A stretch of 64,000 nt of DNA from an uncultured delta proteobacterium (GTDB taxonomy: Bacteria; Desulfobacterota; Binatia; UBA9968): contig CAVUVW010000010.1 of NCBI GenBank assembly GCA_963745035.1, forward strand, positions 128,001 to 192,000, written 5' to 3'. Shown one piece after another: positions 18,187-27,525 of this stretch (position 1 is the stretch's first letter; every line of letters begins with the position of its first letter). The notes under the pieces are model-generated. The model had not been told where the DNA came from. It was given only the letters and a program-made list of their open reading frames with translations, and did no database searches. The position numbers were made by a program, and so were the translations under genes.

Positions 18187-20184
18187 ATGCTGACATTGGT
18201 CGAAAAGATCGCCTTTATCTTGCTTGCGTTCGGCTCTTTTTACTACGGCGGAACGAGATTCTACGCCGTCTATCGCGCGATTGCGCGCGGCAAACCCGAC
18301 GCGCGTTTCGGCAATCTGGCCGAGCGGATTCGGCGGGCGATCTGGATCGTCCTCACGCACCAGTCGGTTTTTAAGGCCCGACCGATCGTCTCGTTCCTGC
18401 ACGCGCTGATTTTCTACGGCTTCGTATTTTATTTTCTCGTCAATCTGGTCGATGTTCTCGAAGGCTTTTTCGGCATTCACGCGCGCGGCGGAGCGTGGAA
18501 TCTCTTCAACGTGCTCGCCGACCTTCTGACCGCCGGCGTGCTGATTGGCATCGTCGGCATGGTCATCCGCCGATTGATCGTCCGGCCCAAGGATTTCGAA
18601 TTTCCCGCCAACGTGCCGGTCGAGCCCGAGGTGCGCGCCGGTATTTTTCGCGACTCCAGCGTCGTTGCCGGATTCATCATCTTTCACGTCGGCTGCAGGC
18701 TGCTGTTCAAGGCGACGCAGCTGGCCCAGGAAGGCGCCGATGCGTTCCAGCCGATGAGCTCGCTGTTCGCGCTGCTGTTCGCCGGGCTCGACGCCGATGG
18801 GCTGACGTTGCTGAACCATTTTTTCTGGTGGGGTGCGCTTGGCTCGATTCTCCTGTTCCTGCCGTATTTTCCGCGCTCCAAGCACATTCATCTGTTTCTC
18901 GCCCCGCTCAATTTGGCTCTAAAAAAGGACAATCCGGGCGCGCTCCAGCCGATGGATTTCGAGAAGGAAGAAGTTTTCGGTGCCGCGAAGCTGGAAGATT
19001 TCACTTGGCCGCGCCTGCTCGATTCGTATAGCTGCATCATGTGCAACCGCTGCCAAGACGTCTGCCCCGCGACGGCCACCGGCAAGGCGCTCAGCCCGGC
19101 GGCGATCTTGATCAACGAGCGCTTCGAGCTGAACAAGATCTTTCCTTCCTTTGCCGGCGGCGCGGAGAGTCCGCGGCCGCTGCTCGACTTCGCGCTCAAT
19201 GAAGAAGCGGCCTGGGCGTGCACTACGTGCAACGCCTGCATCGAAGTCTGCCCCGTCGGCAACGAGCAGATGCTGCACATTATCGACGTGCGCCGCGAGC
19301 GCGTGCTCACGGCGGCGGAGTTTCCCAAAGGATTGCAAAACACTTTCAATCACATGGAGCGCGCGGGCAATCCCTGGGGGATGGCGGCGGACGAGCGCAT
19401 GGCTTGGGCAAAAGACCTGCCGTTTTCGGTCCCCACCTTGGCGCAAAAGCCCGACCCCGAGGTGCTCTATTGGGTCGGCTGCGCGGTGGCGTTCGATCCG
19501 CGGGCGCAAAAGATCGCCCGCAGCCTGGCCGCGATCTTCAATTCCGCCGGGGTTGATTGGGCCGTGCTCGGCAAGGACGAGAAATGCACCGGGGACACGG
19601 CACGCCGGGCCGGCAACGAATATTTGTTCGCGCAAATGGCCGAGGAAAACGTCGCCGCCTTGAACGAGGTCAAAGCCAAGACCATCGTGACCACCTGCCC
19701 GCACTGTTTTCATACGATCGCCAACGAGTATCCGCAGTTCGGCGGCAACTACACAGTCAAGCACCACACCGACTATATCGACGAGCTGATGCGAAGCGGC
19801 AGGCTCAAGCTCGCCGCCCACGGCGCCGGCTCGGTGACCTATCACGATCCGTGCTACCTGGGGCGGCACAACGGTCTCTTCGAGCAGCCCCGTGCCTTGA
19901 TTCGAAACAGCGGCGCGAAGCTGACCGAGCCCCGGCGCACTCAAAAGAACAGTTTTTGCTGCGGCGCGGGCGGCGGCCAGTTTTGGAAGGAGGAAGAGAA
20001 AGGCACCGAGCGGGTCAGCACCAATCGCTATCGTGAGCTCAAGCAAACCGGCGCCAAGACGGTCGCCACCGGCTGTCCATTTTGCATGCGCATGATTACC
20101 GAAGAGGCTGCCAAAGAGGAGCCGGACGCCGCCATGGAAGTCCTGGATATCGCGGAAATCGTCGCCAAGCAGCTCGCCAAGTGA
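18187..20184 (+). CDS. Membrane Fe-S oxidoreductase, FadF/HdrD-like (TM region + 2x4Fe-4S + two CCG domains)
   Basis: About 5 TMs, CIMCNRCQDVCP, CTTCNACIEVCP, CPHC, YHDPC, CCGAGGG, CPFC. Confidence 0.9.
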   Translation: MLTLVEKIAFILLAFGSFYYGGTRFYAVYRAIARGKPDARFGNLAERIRRAIWIVLTHQSVFKARPIVSFLHALIFYGFVFYFLVNLVDVLEGFFGIHARGGAWNLFNVLADLLTAGVLIGIVGMVIRRLIVRPKDFEFPANVPVEPEVRAGIFRDSSVVAGFIIFHVGCRLLFKATQLAQEGADAFQPMSSLFALLFAGLDADGLTLLNHFFWWGALGSILLFLPYFPRSKHIHLFLAPLNLALKKDNPGALQPMDFEKEEVFGAAKLEDFTWPRLLDSYSCIMCNRCQDVCPATATGKALSPAAILINERFELNKIFPSFAGGAESPRPLLDFALNEEAAWACTTCNACIEVCPVGNEQMLHIIDVRRERVLTAAEFPKGLQNTFNHMERAGNPWGMAADERMAWAKDLPFSVPTLAQKPDPEVLYWVGCAVAFDPRAQKIARSLAAIFNSAGVDWAVLGKDEKCTGDTARRAGNEYLFAQMAEENVAALNEVKAKTIVTTCPHCFHTIANEYPQFGGNYTVKHHTDYIDELMRSGRLKLAAHGAGSVTYHDPCYLGRHNGLFEQPRALIRNSGAKLTEPRRTQKNSFCCGAGGGQFWKEEEKGTERVSTNRYRELKQTGAKTVATGCPFCMRMITEEAAKEEPDAAMEVLDIAEIVAKQLAK

Positions 20185-20186
20185 TT

Positions 20187-20651
20187 ATGTCGCGCCGTCC
20201 AGGTTTCATCTCGCTGGTGGCGGTCGCGGCCTTGGCCGCCGTTGCTTCCTGCGAAGCGCAGCCCAAGGTCACGATTGTTACTCAGGCGGGACGGTCGGTG
20301 GTTTTTCAGGTAGAGGTCGCCGATACACCGGCGAAAAGAACCCTGGGCCTGCAATACCGCAAAGAGCTGGCCGACGGTCGCGGCATGATTTTTCTGTTTC
20401 CCGCCGAAACGCAGCAGTCCTTTTGGATGAAGAACACGCCGCTTCCCCTGGACATGATTTTCATCAATGCGGAGCGAAAAATCGTCGGCATCGTCGAGCA
20501 GACGACGCCGTTCTCGTTGGATTCGCGTTCGGTTGCGGCGCCGAGCCAGTTTGTGCTCGAGATCAACGGCGGCCTGGCGAAGCGGCACGGCATTCGCCCC
20601 GGCGACAGCGTGCGCTTTGAAAACATTTCGACGAACGGCGTCAGAGAATAA
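20187..20651 (+). CDS. DUF192 family lipoprotein
   Basis: Lipobox VASC; VEVADTP..GLQYR..GMIFLF..FWMKNTPLPLDMIFI..VLEINGG. Confidence 0.9.
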   Translation: MSRRPGFISLVAVAALAAVASCEAQPKVTIVTQAGRSVVFQVEVADTPAKRTLGLQYRKELADGRGMIFLFPAETQQSFWMKNTPLPLDMIFINAERKIVGIVEQTTPFSLDSRSVAAPSQFVLEINGGLAKRHGIRPGDSVRFENISTNGVRE

Positions 20652-20684
20652 AAAAGGGACCGGAGCGCTGGCCCCGATCCCTTT
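20650..20684 (-). terminator. Rho-independent terminator between convergent genes
   Basis: Imperfect hairpin AAAGGGACCGGAGC..GCCCCGATCCCTTT with a T-tract on the minus strand. Confidence 0.65.
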
Positions 20685-20704
20685 GCATGACGCGCCTCGG
20701 CGCT

Positions 20705-21772
20705 TCAGATCTCGTGGAAGAAGTACGGCCTCACCGGCGCGAGCTTCTCCTCGTAGGAGTCCGGGTACATGAACCACAGCGACGCGGCGATGCTGCTCAG
20801 CAGCGAGTTGCCGTCCTGGGGCGTGAAGCAGGTGCCGACGATTTCTTTATCGCCGCGCATCGCCAGGCTCTGGGTCACGATCACGGTCTGATTCAAGATT
20901 CTCCCGAACATGCCGTGGTCGCGGCCGAACGAAAACACCGAAGCGGAGGATTTTTTGTGCGTGAGCGCTACCCGGGCGTTGCTCTGCAGACGGCGCATGA
21001 GCTCTTCTTTGGCGATGCCGCGGCGCAGCTTCAGGTTGAAGTGGATCGTGTGCATGTACTGCGTGTTCAGCTTCAGCGCCGAAGAATAGATGTCGAGATC
21101 CAAGCCTAGAGTCTTGAACAGGTAATGGGCGTCGCGTCCCTGGTGGGTGCCGAACTGCGGGTCGTCGTGCTTGCCCGCTTCGGGCGCCGGAATAAAATCG
21201 CCTTCCTGGCTCAGATCGTTGGCGCGGCGCATGCACACGAAGCGGCTTTCGGCCAGATTGTCTTCTTTCTCCGGACCCAGGGCGATGGTGTCGATCAGCA
21301 CCGCCAGGTTGTGCGTGTTGCAGCTCACGACTTGGATGAATTGATCCTCGCCCTTTTGCAGCGCTCTGTCGTTGATGCCGCGCGCGTATTTTTTGCCGAA
21401 ACCGTCTTCGCTGCCCTGGGCGATGAAGCCGCGGCCGTTGCCGGTGTATTTGTTGTAGAGCTTTTCCTTGTTTTCGTTGCCTACGGGAGTGCAGTCGATG
21501 ATCACGCTGGCGCGTTCGATGGCTTCTTCGGCCTCGAAGCTCGGCTGCATGCCCATGTCGACGAATTTTTGCCAGCGCTCTTTGTCGACCGCGAGCCTCG
21601 CGCCTTTGCTGCACGAGGCGATGACCTTGGAGCGGTCGGCGAGCAGAGGCGTGCGTTTGTGGAAGGTCACCTCATCGATGCCGAAGGAGTCTTTGAACGT
21701 CGACAAGATGCCGACCAGCGGCTCGCCGATGGTTCCGGTGCCGACAATGTGAACGACTTTTTTTTGCGCCAT
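20705..21772 (-). CDS. Archaeal-type (class II) glyceraldehyde-3-phosphate dehydrogenase-like protein
   Basis: VHIVGTGTIG Rossmann motif, IIDCTP, FIAQGSE, catalytic-Cys motif VVSCNTH, CMRRAND, YMHTIH, all paralleling class II GAPDH motifs. Confidence 0.7.
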   Translation of the reverse strand: MAQKKVVHIVGTGTIGEPLVGILSTFKDSFGIDEVTFHKRTPLLADRSKVIASCSKGARLAVDKERWQKFVDMGMQPSFEAEEAIERASVIIDCTPVGNENKEKLYNKYTGNGRGFIAQGSEDGFGKKYARGINDRALQKGEDQFIQVVSCNTHNLAVLIDTIALGPEKEDNLAESRFVCMRRANDLSQEGDFIPAPEAGKHDDPQFGTHQGRDAHYLFKTLGLDLDIYSSALKLNTQYMHTIHFNLKLRRGIAKEELMRRLQSNARVALTHKKSSASVFSFGRDHGMFGRILNQTVIVTQSLAMRGDKEIVGTCFTPQDGNSLLSSIAASLWFMYPDSYEEKLAPVRPYFFHEI

Positions 21773-21921
21773 GGCTACCCGCCTCAGGTTTAATAGGCGA
21801 ATACTAGCCCAACAACATGCAGCGATCAACCGACTTTGCTTCGCGCAGTCGCCGCGATCCAAGGGCAAAACGCGATTACATTGACGATGGTTTAATGGTA
21901 AAAATGCACTACGGAGGCAAA

Positions 21922-23368
21922 ATGGCTGCGACAAATCTGCCAGCGACTTTTTTCGATCAAAACTTTGCCATTCGCTCCGGAGACCTAGAAAAGGTGCTCG
22001 ATCAAGCGTTGGGCAAAAAGGCGGACTACGCCGATCTCTACTTCGAATATCGGCGCAACGAAGGGGTGGGTCTGGAAGAAGGTCTGGTCAAAAACTGCTC
22101 GCAATCCACCGCCAACGGTGTCGGCGTGCGCGTGCTGGCCGAGACCAAAACCGGCTACGCCTATACCGACGATATCACCATCGAGAATCTCGAGATCGCC
22201 GCGCGCACGGCGCGCTACATCGCGCAGAATCGCGCCACCGACACTCCGGCGCCCGTCGGCGCTTCCGGGGGATCGCCGCGCGATCTCTATCCGGTCGCAA
22301 CGCCGGTCAACGACGTCGCTTTGGAAAAGAAAGTGGAGCTGCTCTACGAGATCGACAAATTCGCGCGCGGTCTCGATGCGCGCGTGAAAAATGTCTTCGT
22401 TTCTCTCGGCAGCGAGTACAAGGTGATCTACGTCGCAAGCTCGCAGGGAGTGAGAGTCGGCGATATTCAGCCGCTCACCCGGCTCAACGTGAGCTGCATC
22501 GTCGAAGAGAACGGCAACCGGCAGATCGGCAGCTTCGGCGGCGGCGGCCGGGTGGAGTACGGCTTTTTCGTCGATCATCAGGACTGGCAGCGCTATGCGC
22601 GCGAGGCGGTCCGCCAGGCGATTCTCAACCTCGACGCCATCGATGCTCCGGCGGGCACCATGGACGTGGTGCTGGGCCCGGGCTGGCCGGGAATCTTGCT
22701 CCACGAGGCGATCGGCCACGGGCTCGAGGGTGATTTTAATCGCAAGAAGACTTCGGCGTTCAGCGGTCGTATCGGCCAGAAAGTGGCGTCGGAGCTGTGC
22801 ACGGTGGTCGACGACGGGACGATTCCTTCGCGCCGCGGTTCGATCAACATCGACGACGAAGGCACGCCGACCAACCGGACGGTGCTGATCGAGAAGGGCA
22901 TTCTGAAAGGTTACTTGCAGGACAAACTCAATGCCGGCTTGATGAAGATGCCGCTCACCGGCAACGGCCGGCGCGAAAGCTACGCGCATATTCCCATGCC
23001 GCGCATGACCAACACCTTCATGCTCGCCGGCGAGTCGGCGCCGGAGGATATCATCCGTTCGGTGGATAAGGGGCTCTACGCTGTGTCGTTCGGCGGCGGC
23101 CAGGTGGATATCACCAGCGGCAAGTTCGTTTTCTCGGCGAGCGAAGCCTATCTGATCGAAGGCGGCAAGGTGACTCGGCCGGTCAAGGGCGCCACGCTCG
23201 ATTGGCAACGGGCCTGACGTGCTCACCCGGGTTTCGATGGTGGGTTCGGATCTAAAACTGGATGAAGGCGTCGGCACCTGCGGCAAGGACGGCCAATCGG
23301 TGCCGGTCGGCGTCGGGCTGCCGACCATCAAAATCGACGGCCTCACCGTCGGCGGGACGAGGGCCTGA
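21922..23368 (+). CDS. tldD: Metalloprotease TldD; one frameshift near 23200
   Basis: [33 protein letters not shown]; C-terminal [18 protein letters not shown] lies in the shifted frame. Confidence 0.93.
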
Positions 23369-23377
23369 AAAGCTATC

Positions 23378-23447
23378 GTTCAAGCCGTTCAAATAGTTCA
23401 AAACGTTCAAGCAGTTTTCGGACGGACCTCCGAAAAACGTTTTGAAC
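23378..23447. repeat. GTTCAAnnn 9-mer array with partial inverted arm
   Basis: GTTCAAGCC GTTCAAATA GTTCAAAAC GTTCAAGCA, then AACGTTTTGAAC; lies between tldD and pmbA. Confidence 0.85.
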
Positions 23448-23462
23448 GAGCCGGGGAGTTGT

Positions 23463-24818
23463 ATGGAACGATTGGAATTGAGCCAGGAGCTGGGCCGGGA
23501 AATCCTGGCCATGGCCAAGGCCAGAGGTGCTTCGGAAGGCGACGTCGTGATGGCGGAGAGCGACTCGTTCTTCGTCACCGTGCGCATGGGTGAAGTGGAA
23601 AAAATCAGTCAGGCGGGCGAGAAGCGCCTGGGCCTGCGGCTCTTTTTCGGCAACAGCTCGGCAAGCGCATCGACGTCGGACATTTCCAAAAAGTCGATTG
23701 AAAAATTGGTCGACGACACGGCGCGGATGGCCAAGGTGACGGCGCAGGATCCGCACGGCGGCTTGCCGGCGCCCCGCGAGCTTGCGCGCGACTTGCCGCA
23801 GTTGGACCTGAGCGACGAAGCGGCGCGCGACGTTTCCGTCGATGAAAAAATTCGGCTGGCTCTGGCGACCGAAAAGAGCGCGTTGGCGTACGACGAGCGC
23901 ATCACTAACTCGGAAGGCGCGGAGTTTTCCAACCAGTTCGGCCGCGTGATCTACGCCAGCAGCGGCGGCTTTGCCGGTGAATATTGCGGTTCTACTTTCG
24001 GCCACTCGGTCGCGCCGGTGGCGTCGCACAACGGCGCCATGCAGCGCGATTACTGGTACTCGTCCAATCGCAAATTCGCCAGGCTCGATTCGCCGGCGCA
24101 GGTCGGCGAGCGCGCCGCGCAGCGGGTGCTGCGCCGGCTCGGCGCCCGCAAGGTGAAAACCTGCCAGGCGCCGGTCGTTTTCGATCCCGAGATGGCGGCC
24201 TCGCTGCTGCGCAATCTGGCCTCGGCCTTGTCCGGCTACTCGCTTTACAAAGGCGCATCGTTCTTGGCGGGCCGGTTGGAAACGGAGATCGGCTCCGAAT
24301 TATTGACGGTGATCGACGACGGCACGATCCCCGGCGCGCTCGGCTCGCGGCCGTTCGACGGCGAGGGGCTGCCGGTCCGGAAAAAAACCGTGGTCGAAAA
24401 GGGGCGGCTGCAAAGTTATCTGCTCGATACCTACAGCGGCAAAAAATTGGGCATGCCGTCCACCGGCAACGCATCGCGCTCGGTCGGCGAGGCGCCCGGG
24501 GTGGCGCCGGCGAACTTTTATCTCGCGCCGGGCAACGAGTCTCCGGAGCAGATCATCGGCACGGTGCAAAACGGCTTCTACGTGACGGAAATGATCGGCT
24601 TTGGCGTCAACATGGTGACGGGAGATTACTCCCGCGGCGCCGCGGGCATCTGGATCGAGAACGGCGAGCTCGCGTATCCGGTGGAAGAGATCACGATTGC
24701 CGGCAATCTGAAAGAAATGTTGCGCAACATCGAAATGGTCGGCAGCGACCTTGAAATGCGCGGCCGCATCGCCGCGCCGACGATCAAAATCTCTCAAATG
24801 ACGATTGCCGGTGACTAG
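23463..24818 (+). CDS. pmbA: TldD partner PmbA/TldE
   Basis: MQRDYWYS, SRPFDGEG, STGNA, GVNMVTGDYSRGAAG, PVEEITIAGNL; lacks HExxH as expected. Confidence 0.93.
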   Translation: MERLELSQELGREILAMAKARGASEGDVVMAESDSFFVTVRMGEVEKISQAGEKRLGLRLFFGNSSASASTSDISKKSIEKLVDDTARMAKVTAQDPHGGLPAPRELARDLPQLDLSDEAARDVSVDEKIRLALATEKSALAYDERITNSEGAEFSNQFGRVIYASSGGFAGEYCGSTFGHSVAPVASHNGAMQRDYWYSSNRKFARLDSPAQVGERAAQRVLRRLGARKVKTCQAPVVFDPEMAASLLRNLASALSGYSLYKGASFLAGRLETEIGSELLTVIDDGTIPGALGSRPFDGEGLPVRKKTVVEKGRLQSYLLDTYSGKKLGMPSTGNASRSVGEAPGVAPANFYLAPGNESPEQIIGTVQNGFYVTEMIGFGVNMVTGDYSRGAAGIWIENGELAYPVEEITIAGNLKEMLRNIEMVGSDLEMRGRIAAPTIKISQMTIAGD

Positions 24819-24826
24819 CAATTCAC

Positions 24827-24889
24827 GAGGATCGAAGATGGAGGATCGAGGATCGCTTTTCCATCTTCCATCATCGATCCTCTATCCTC
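24827..24889. repeat. GAGGATC 7-mer tandem plus inverted array (long hairpin)
   Basis: GAGGATC GAAGATG GAGGATC GAGGATC, spacer, CATCTTC CATCATC GATCCTC TATCCTC between convergent genes. Confidence 0.85.
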
Positions 24890-24899
24890 GGCTTGTTCC

Positions 24900-25109
24900 C
24901 TACAAGACCTGAAAGCCCGCCTTGAGCGCCGCGCGCAGGAAGTCGTCGATATGCGATTGGCTCGGGTCAAAGTCGAGCACGGCGACGCTGCGCTCCAAGC
25001 TGAAATCGATCTTTTCGATGCCCGGAAGCGCTTGAAAGGCCGTCCGCAGCGCCGGTAGATCTTCCGCTTTGAGCTTAGCGATCGAGAGGATAGCTGTCTT
25101 AGTGCCCAT
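24900..25109 (-). CDS. HMA-like small domain protein without CxxC
   Basis: 69 aa; LQALPGI-like ALPGIEKIDFSLE..AVLDFDP..LKAGF pattern of heavy-metal-associated domains; RBS GAGGG. Confidence 0.65.
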   Translation of the reverse strand: MGTKTAILSIAKLKAEDLPALRTAFQALPGIEKIDFSLERSVAVLDFDPSQSHIDDFLRAALKAGFQVL

Positions 25110-25335
25110 CGCGCCCTCCTTGTTTTGAATTTGCCAAAACTTCCTTCGATTCGCAATTCAGCATCTCGTTTCCCGCAACCCGTTTACGTTTGTACGTGCG
25201 CTCTCGCTTTGCGAAATTTTCTTGACGCGCACGGACGACTTATGTGACAGTACTTTCGCCGATCGGCGCTGGTGTATCTTTCATGGGCGCTCTACTCAAC
25301 GCATTCAAATCCACCAACATGATCAGGAGGGGAGC

Positions 25336-25767
25336 ATGGCTTACGATGTAGAAAAGCTCTTAACCCTATCCCAGGCGGATCTCGATGCTCTCTTTACCAA
25401 GAGCCCGGTAGGGGAAATTCCGGACGGAGAAGCCGATGGTACGGCGATCGTTGCGCCCGGGACAAAATTCAGCTCGACCATTGCTCATTTTGTCAGCCAC
25501 TTCGCCTGGCAAGGAAAGGTGTTCGACGCCAAAAAGGGCCAGCTCAAAAACAAGATTCTTCCTTTCGGACTCAATGCAATTATCGCCAAGGTGTATAAGG
25601 CCCCGAGCTGGCTTGACGGTAAAGAATGTATCGTATTGGATTACTCCGATACTTCGCTTGTCGCTCAATGGATTCGCGATGAGATTCGCCAGATCGAACC
25701 GAAGCTGTATTTAGGAAAAGTGTATTGGGATAAAACGCGCCTGATCGATTTTGCGTTAAAATTCTAA
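25336..25767 (+). CDS. Hypothetical protein, first gene of the diheme/GMC cluster
   Basis: RBS GGAGG; 143 aa with WQGKVFD, APSWLDGKECIVLDYS, IRDEIRQI..LYLGKVY. Confidence 0.75.
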   Translation: MAYDVEKLLTLSQADLDALFTKSPVGEIPDGEADGTAIVAPGTKFSSTIAHFVSHFAWQGKVFDAKKGQLKNKILPFGLNAIIAKVYKAPSWLDGKECIVLDYSDTSLVAQWIRDEIRQIEPKLYLGKVYWDKTRLIDFALKF

Positions 25768-25986
25768 GCGTCTGAGAGCGTTCGGGATTTTTCCCGAGCG
25801 TCATTTTCCGGAAATCTGTTCATTGTGCTCGGAAAAGCTCTCTTCCCACCTCGCTCTCTGAGGGCGCGACGGTTTATCGCCGCTACGCGCGTGAATGGGT
25901 CCCCGCAAATTTCTTTGGCGCCGGGATTGGACGATTGTCGGTCGACGATTTGCGCATGGGATTTGGCGCACAATGGATAAACGCGT

Positions 25987-27489
25987 ATGACGCGGATGCA
26001 ACGTTTCTTTACCGGCTTGGGTTATTGTGCAGCGGCCCTCTTGCTCGTTGCCGTCATCGCGGGGGCGTGGTTAGTGGGACGCTTCGGCGCCGATATCCCC
26101 GTACCGTACAAGGACGATCTCGAACATTTCAAATACGGCTCCCTCGGCAGCGAGCACGAGTTCGGCGTGCCGTATTGGATCTGGCGAGCGCTGCCGGAGT
26201 TGTTTCAAGACAAGCTGCCACCGGGCGGCAAAGGCTGGCAGTCGGTCGGTTTTGTTTTCGAAAAGGGCAAAGATCTGCCGGTCGGGATGTCGCAGCGCCG
26301 CTATCTTGGCTTCGACGTTGTCTGGCTCAACTGTGCCTTCTGCCACGCCGGCACCGTGCGCGAGACTCCCAAAAGTGAGCCCAAAGTTTATAGCGCCATG
26401 CCGGCCAACACCTTCGACTTCCGCGCGTTCATGCGCTTTCTCTTCGCCACGGGCGAGGATCGGAGATTTACGCCGCAGGACATTTTGCGCCAGATCAAAA
26501 TCATCCGCCAACGCGAGGGCCTCGACGATTTGCCGCTCATCGATCGTCTGGTGCTGCGTTTCTACGGCATCTACTACATGCGCGAGCGCATCCTTGCGCT
26601 GCGTGACCGCTTACAGTTCATCGCCGAGCAGCCCGAGTGGGGACCGGGGCGCGTCGACACCTTCAATCCGCTGAAAGCGTATTTCAACTTCCCGCCCGAG
26701 CAGCTTGCCAAAGAAGAGCGCATCGGCACCACCGATTTTCCCTCGATCTGGAATCAGGGCCAGCGCGAAACGCTGAAAATGAATCTCCATTGGGACGGCA
26801 ACAACGTTTCGCTGGAAGAGCGCAACCGCAGCGCAGCCATGGGCACCGGGATCACGCCGCCGACCGGTGATCGAAAAAGCTTAAAGCGCGTTGCCGATTG
26901 GCTACGCAATCTGCCGGCGCCGCCGTATCCGTTCGCCATCGACAAGAATCTCGCCGGCCAGGGCGCGCCGATCTACAAACAATATTGTTCCTCGTGCCAC
27001 GGCGCCGACGGCAAAGATTTTCGCGGCGAGCAAGTCGGCAAAGTCGTGCCGATCGCCGATATTGCCACCGACCGTTGGCGTCTCGACTCGTACACGTACG
27101 ACGTCACAGTGAATCAAAATCTCATTTTCGCCGGCTACGAGGGGGAGCGGTTCAGCCACTTCCGCAAAACCTTCGGCTACGCCAATAGCCCGCTCGACGG
27201 CGTCTGGTTGCGCGCGCCGTACCTTCACAATGGCTCGGTGCCGACGTTACGCGACTTGCTCGAGCCAAGCGCACAGCGGCCTAAAACTTTTTACCGCGGC
27301 TACGACGTTTACGATCAAAAGAAGGCGGGCTTTATTTCGGACGTGAGCGAGGAAGGCGGGCGCAAATATTTTCTCTACGACACGGGACAGGACGGGAATT
27401 CCAACAGGGGCCATGAGGGAAAGCGCTACGGCACGGAGCTCACCATGGCGGAGAAGGATGCGCTGGTCGAATACCTCAAGACTTTCTGA
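25987..27489 (+). CDS. Diheme cytochrome c, RoxA/MauG-like (copy A)
   Basis: N-terminal TM/signal, CAFCH, CSSCH, GVWLRAPYLHNGSVPTL (MauG-type motif), SNRGHE, EYLKTF. Confidence 0.85.
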   Translation: MTRMQRFFTGLGYCAAALLLVAVIAGAWLVGRFGADIPVPYKDDLEHFKYGSLGSEHEFGVPYWIWRALPELFQDKLPPGGKGWQSVGFVFEKGKDLPVGMSQRRYLGFDVVWLNCAFCHAGTVRETPKSEPKVYSAMPANTFDFRAFMRFLFATGEDRRFTPQDILRQIKIIRQREGLDDLPLIDRLVLRFYGIYYMRERILALRDRLQFIAEQPEWGPGRVDTFNPLKAYFNFPPEQLAKEERIGTTDFPSIWNQGQRETLKMNLHWDGNNVSLEERNRSAAMGTGITPPTGDRKSLKRVADWLRNLPAPPYPFAIDKNLAGQGAPIYKQYCSSCHGADGKDFRGEQVGKVVPIADIATDRWRLDSYTYDVTVNQNLIFAGYEGERFSHFRKTFGYANSPLDGVWLRAPYLHNGSVPTLRDLLEPSAQRPKTFYRGYDVYDQKKAGFISDVSEEGGRKYFLYDTGQDGNSNRGHEGKRYGTELTMAEKDALVEYLKTF

Positions 27490-27525
27490 TTGATCCGATT
27501 GGCCTGGGGCGGCTGCGGAGGAACG

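Noticed and set aside
21922-25109. TldD/PmbA plus the 69-aa ORF as a RiPP cluster
   Set aside because: No YcaO, radical SAM maturase or precursor-like peptide is adjacent; the small ORF looks HMA-like and tldD-pmbA is commonly housekeeping
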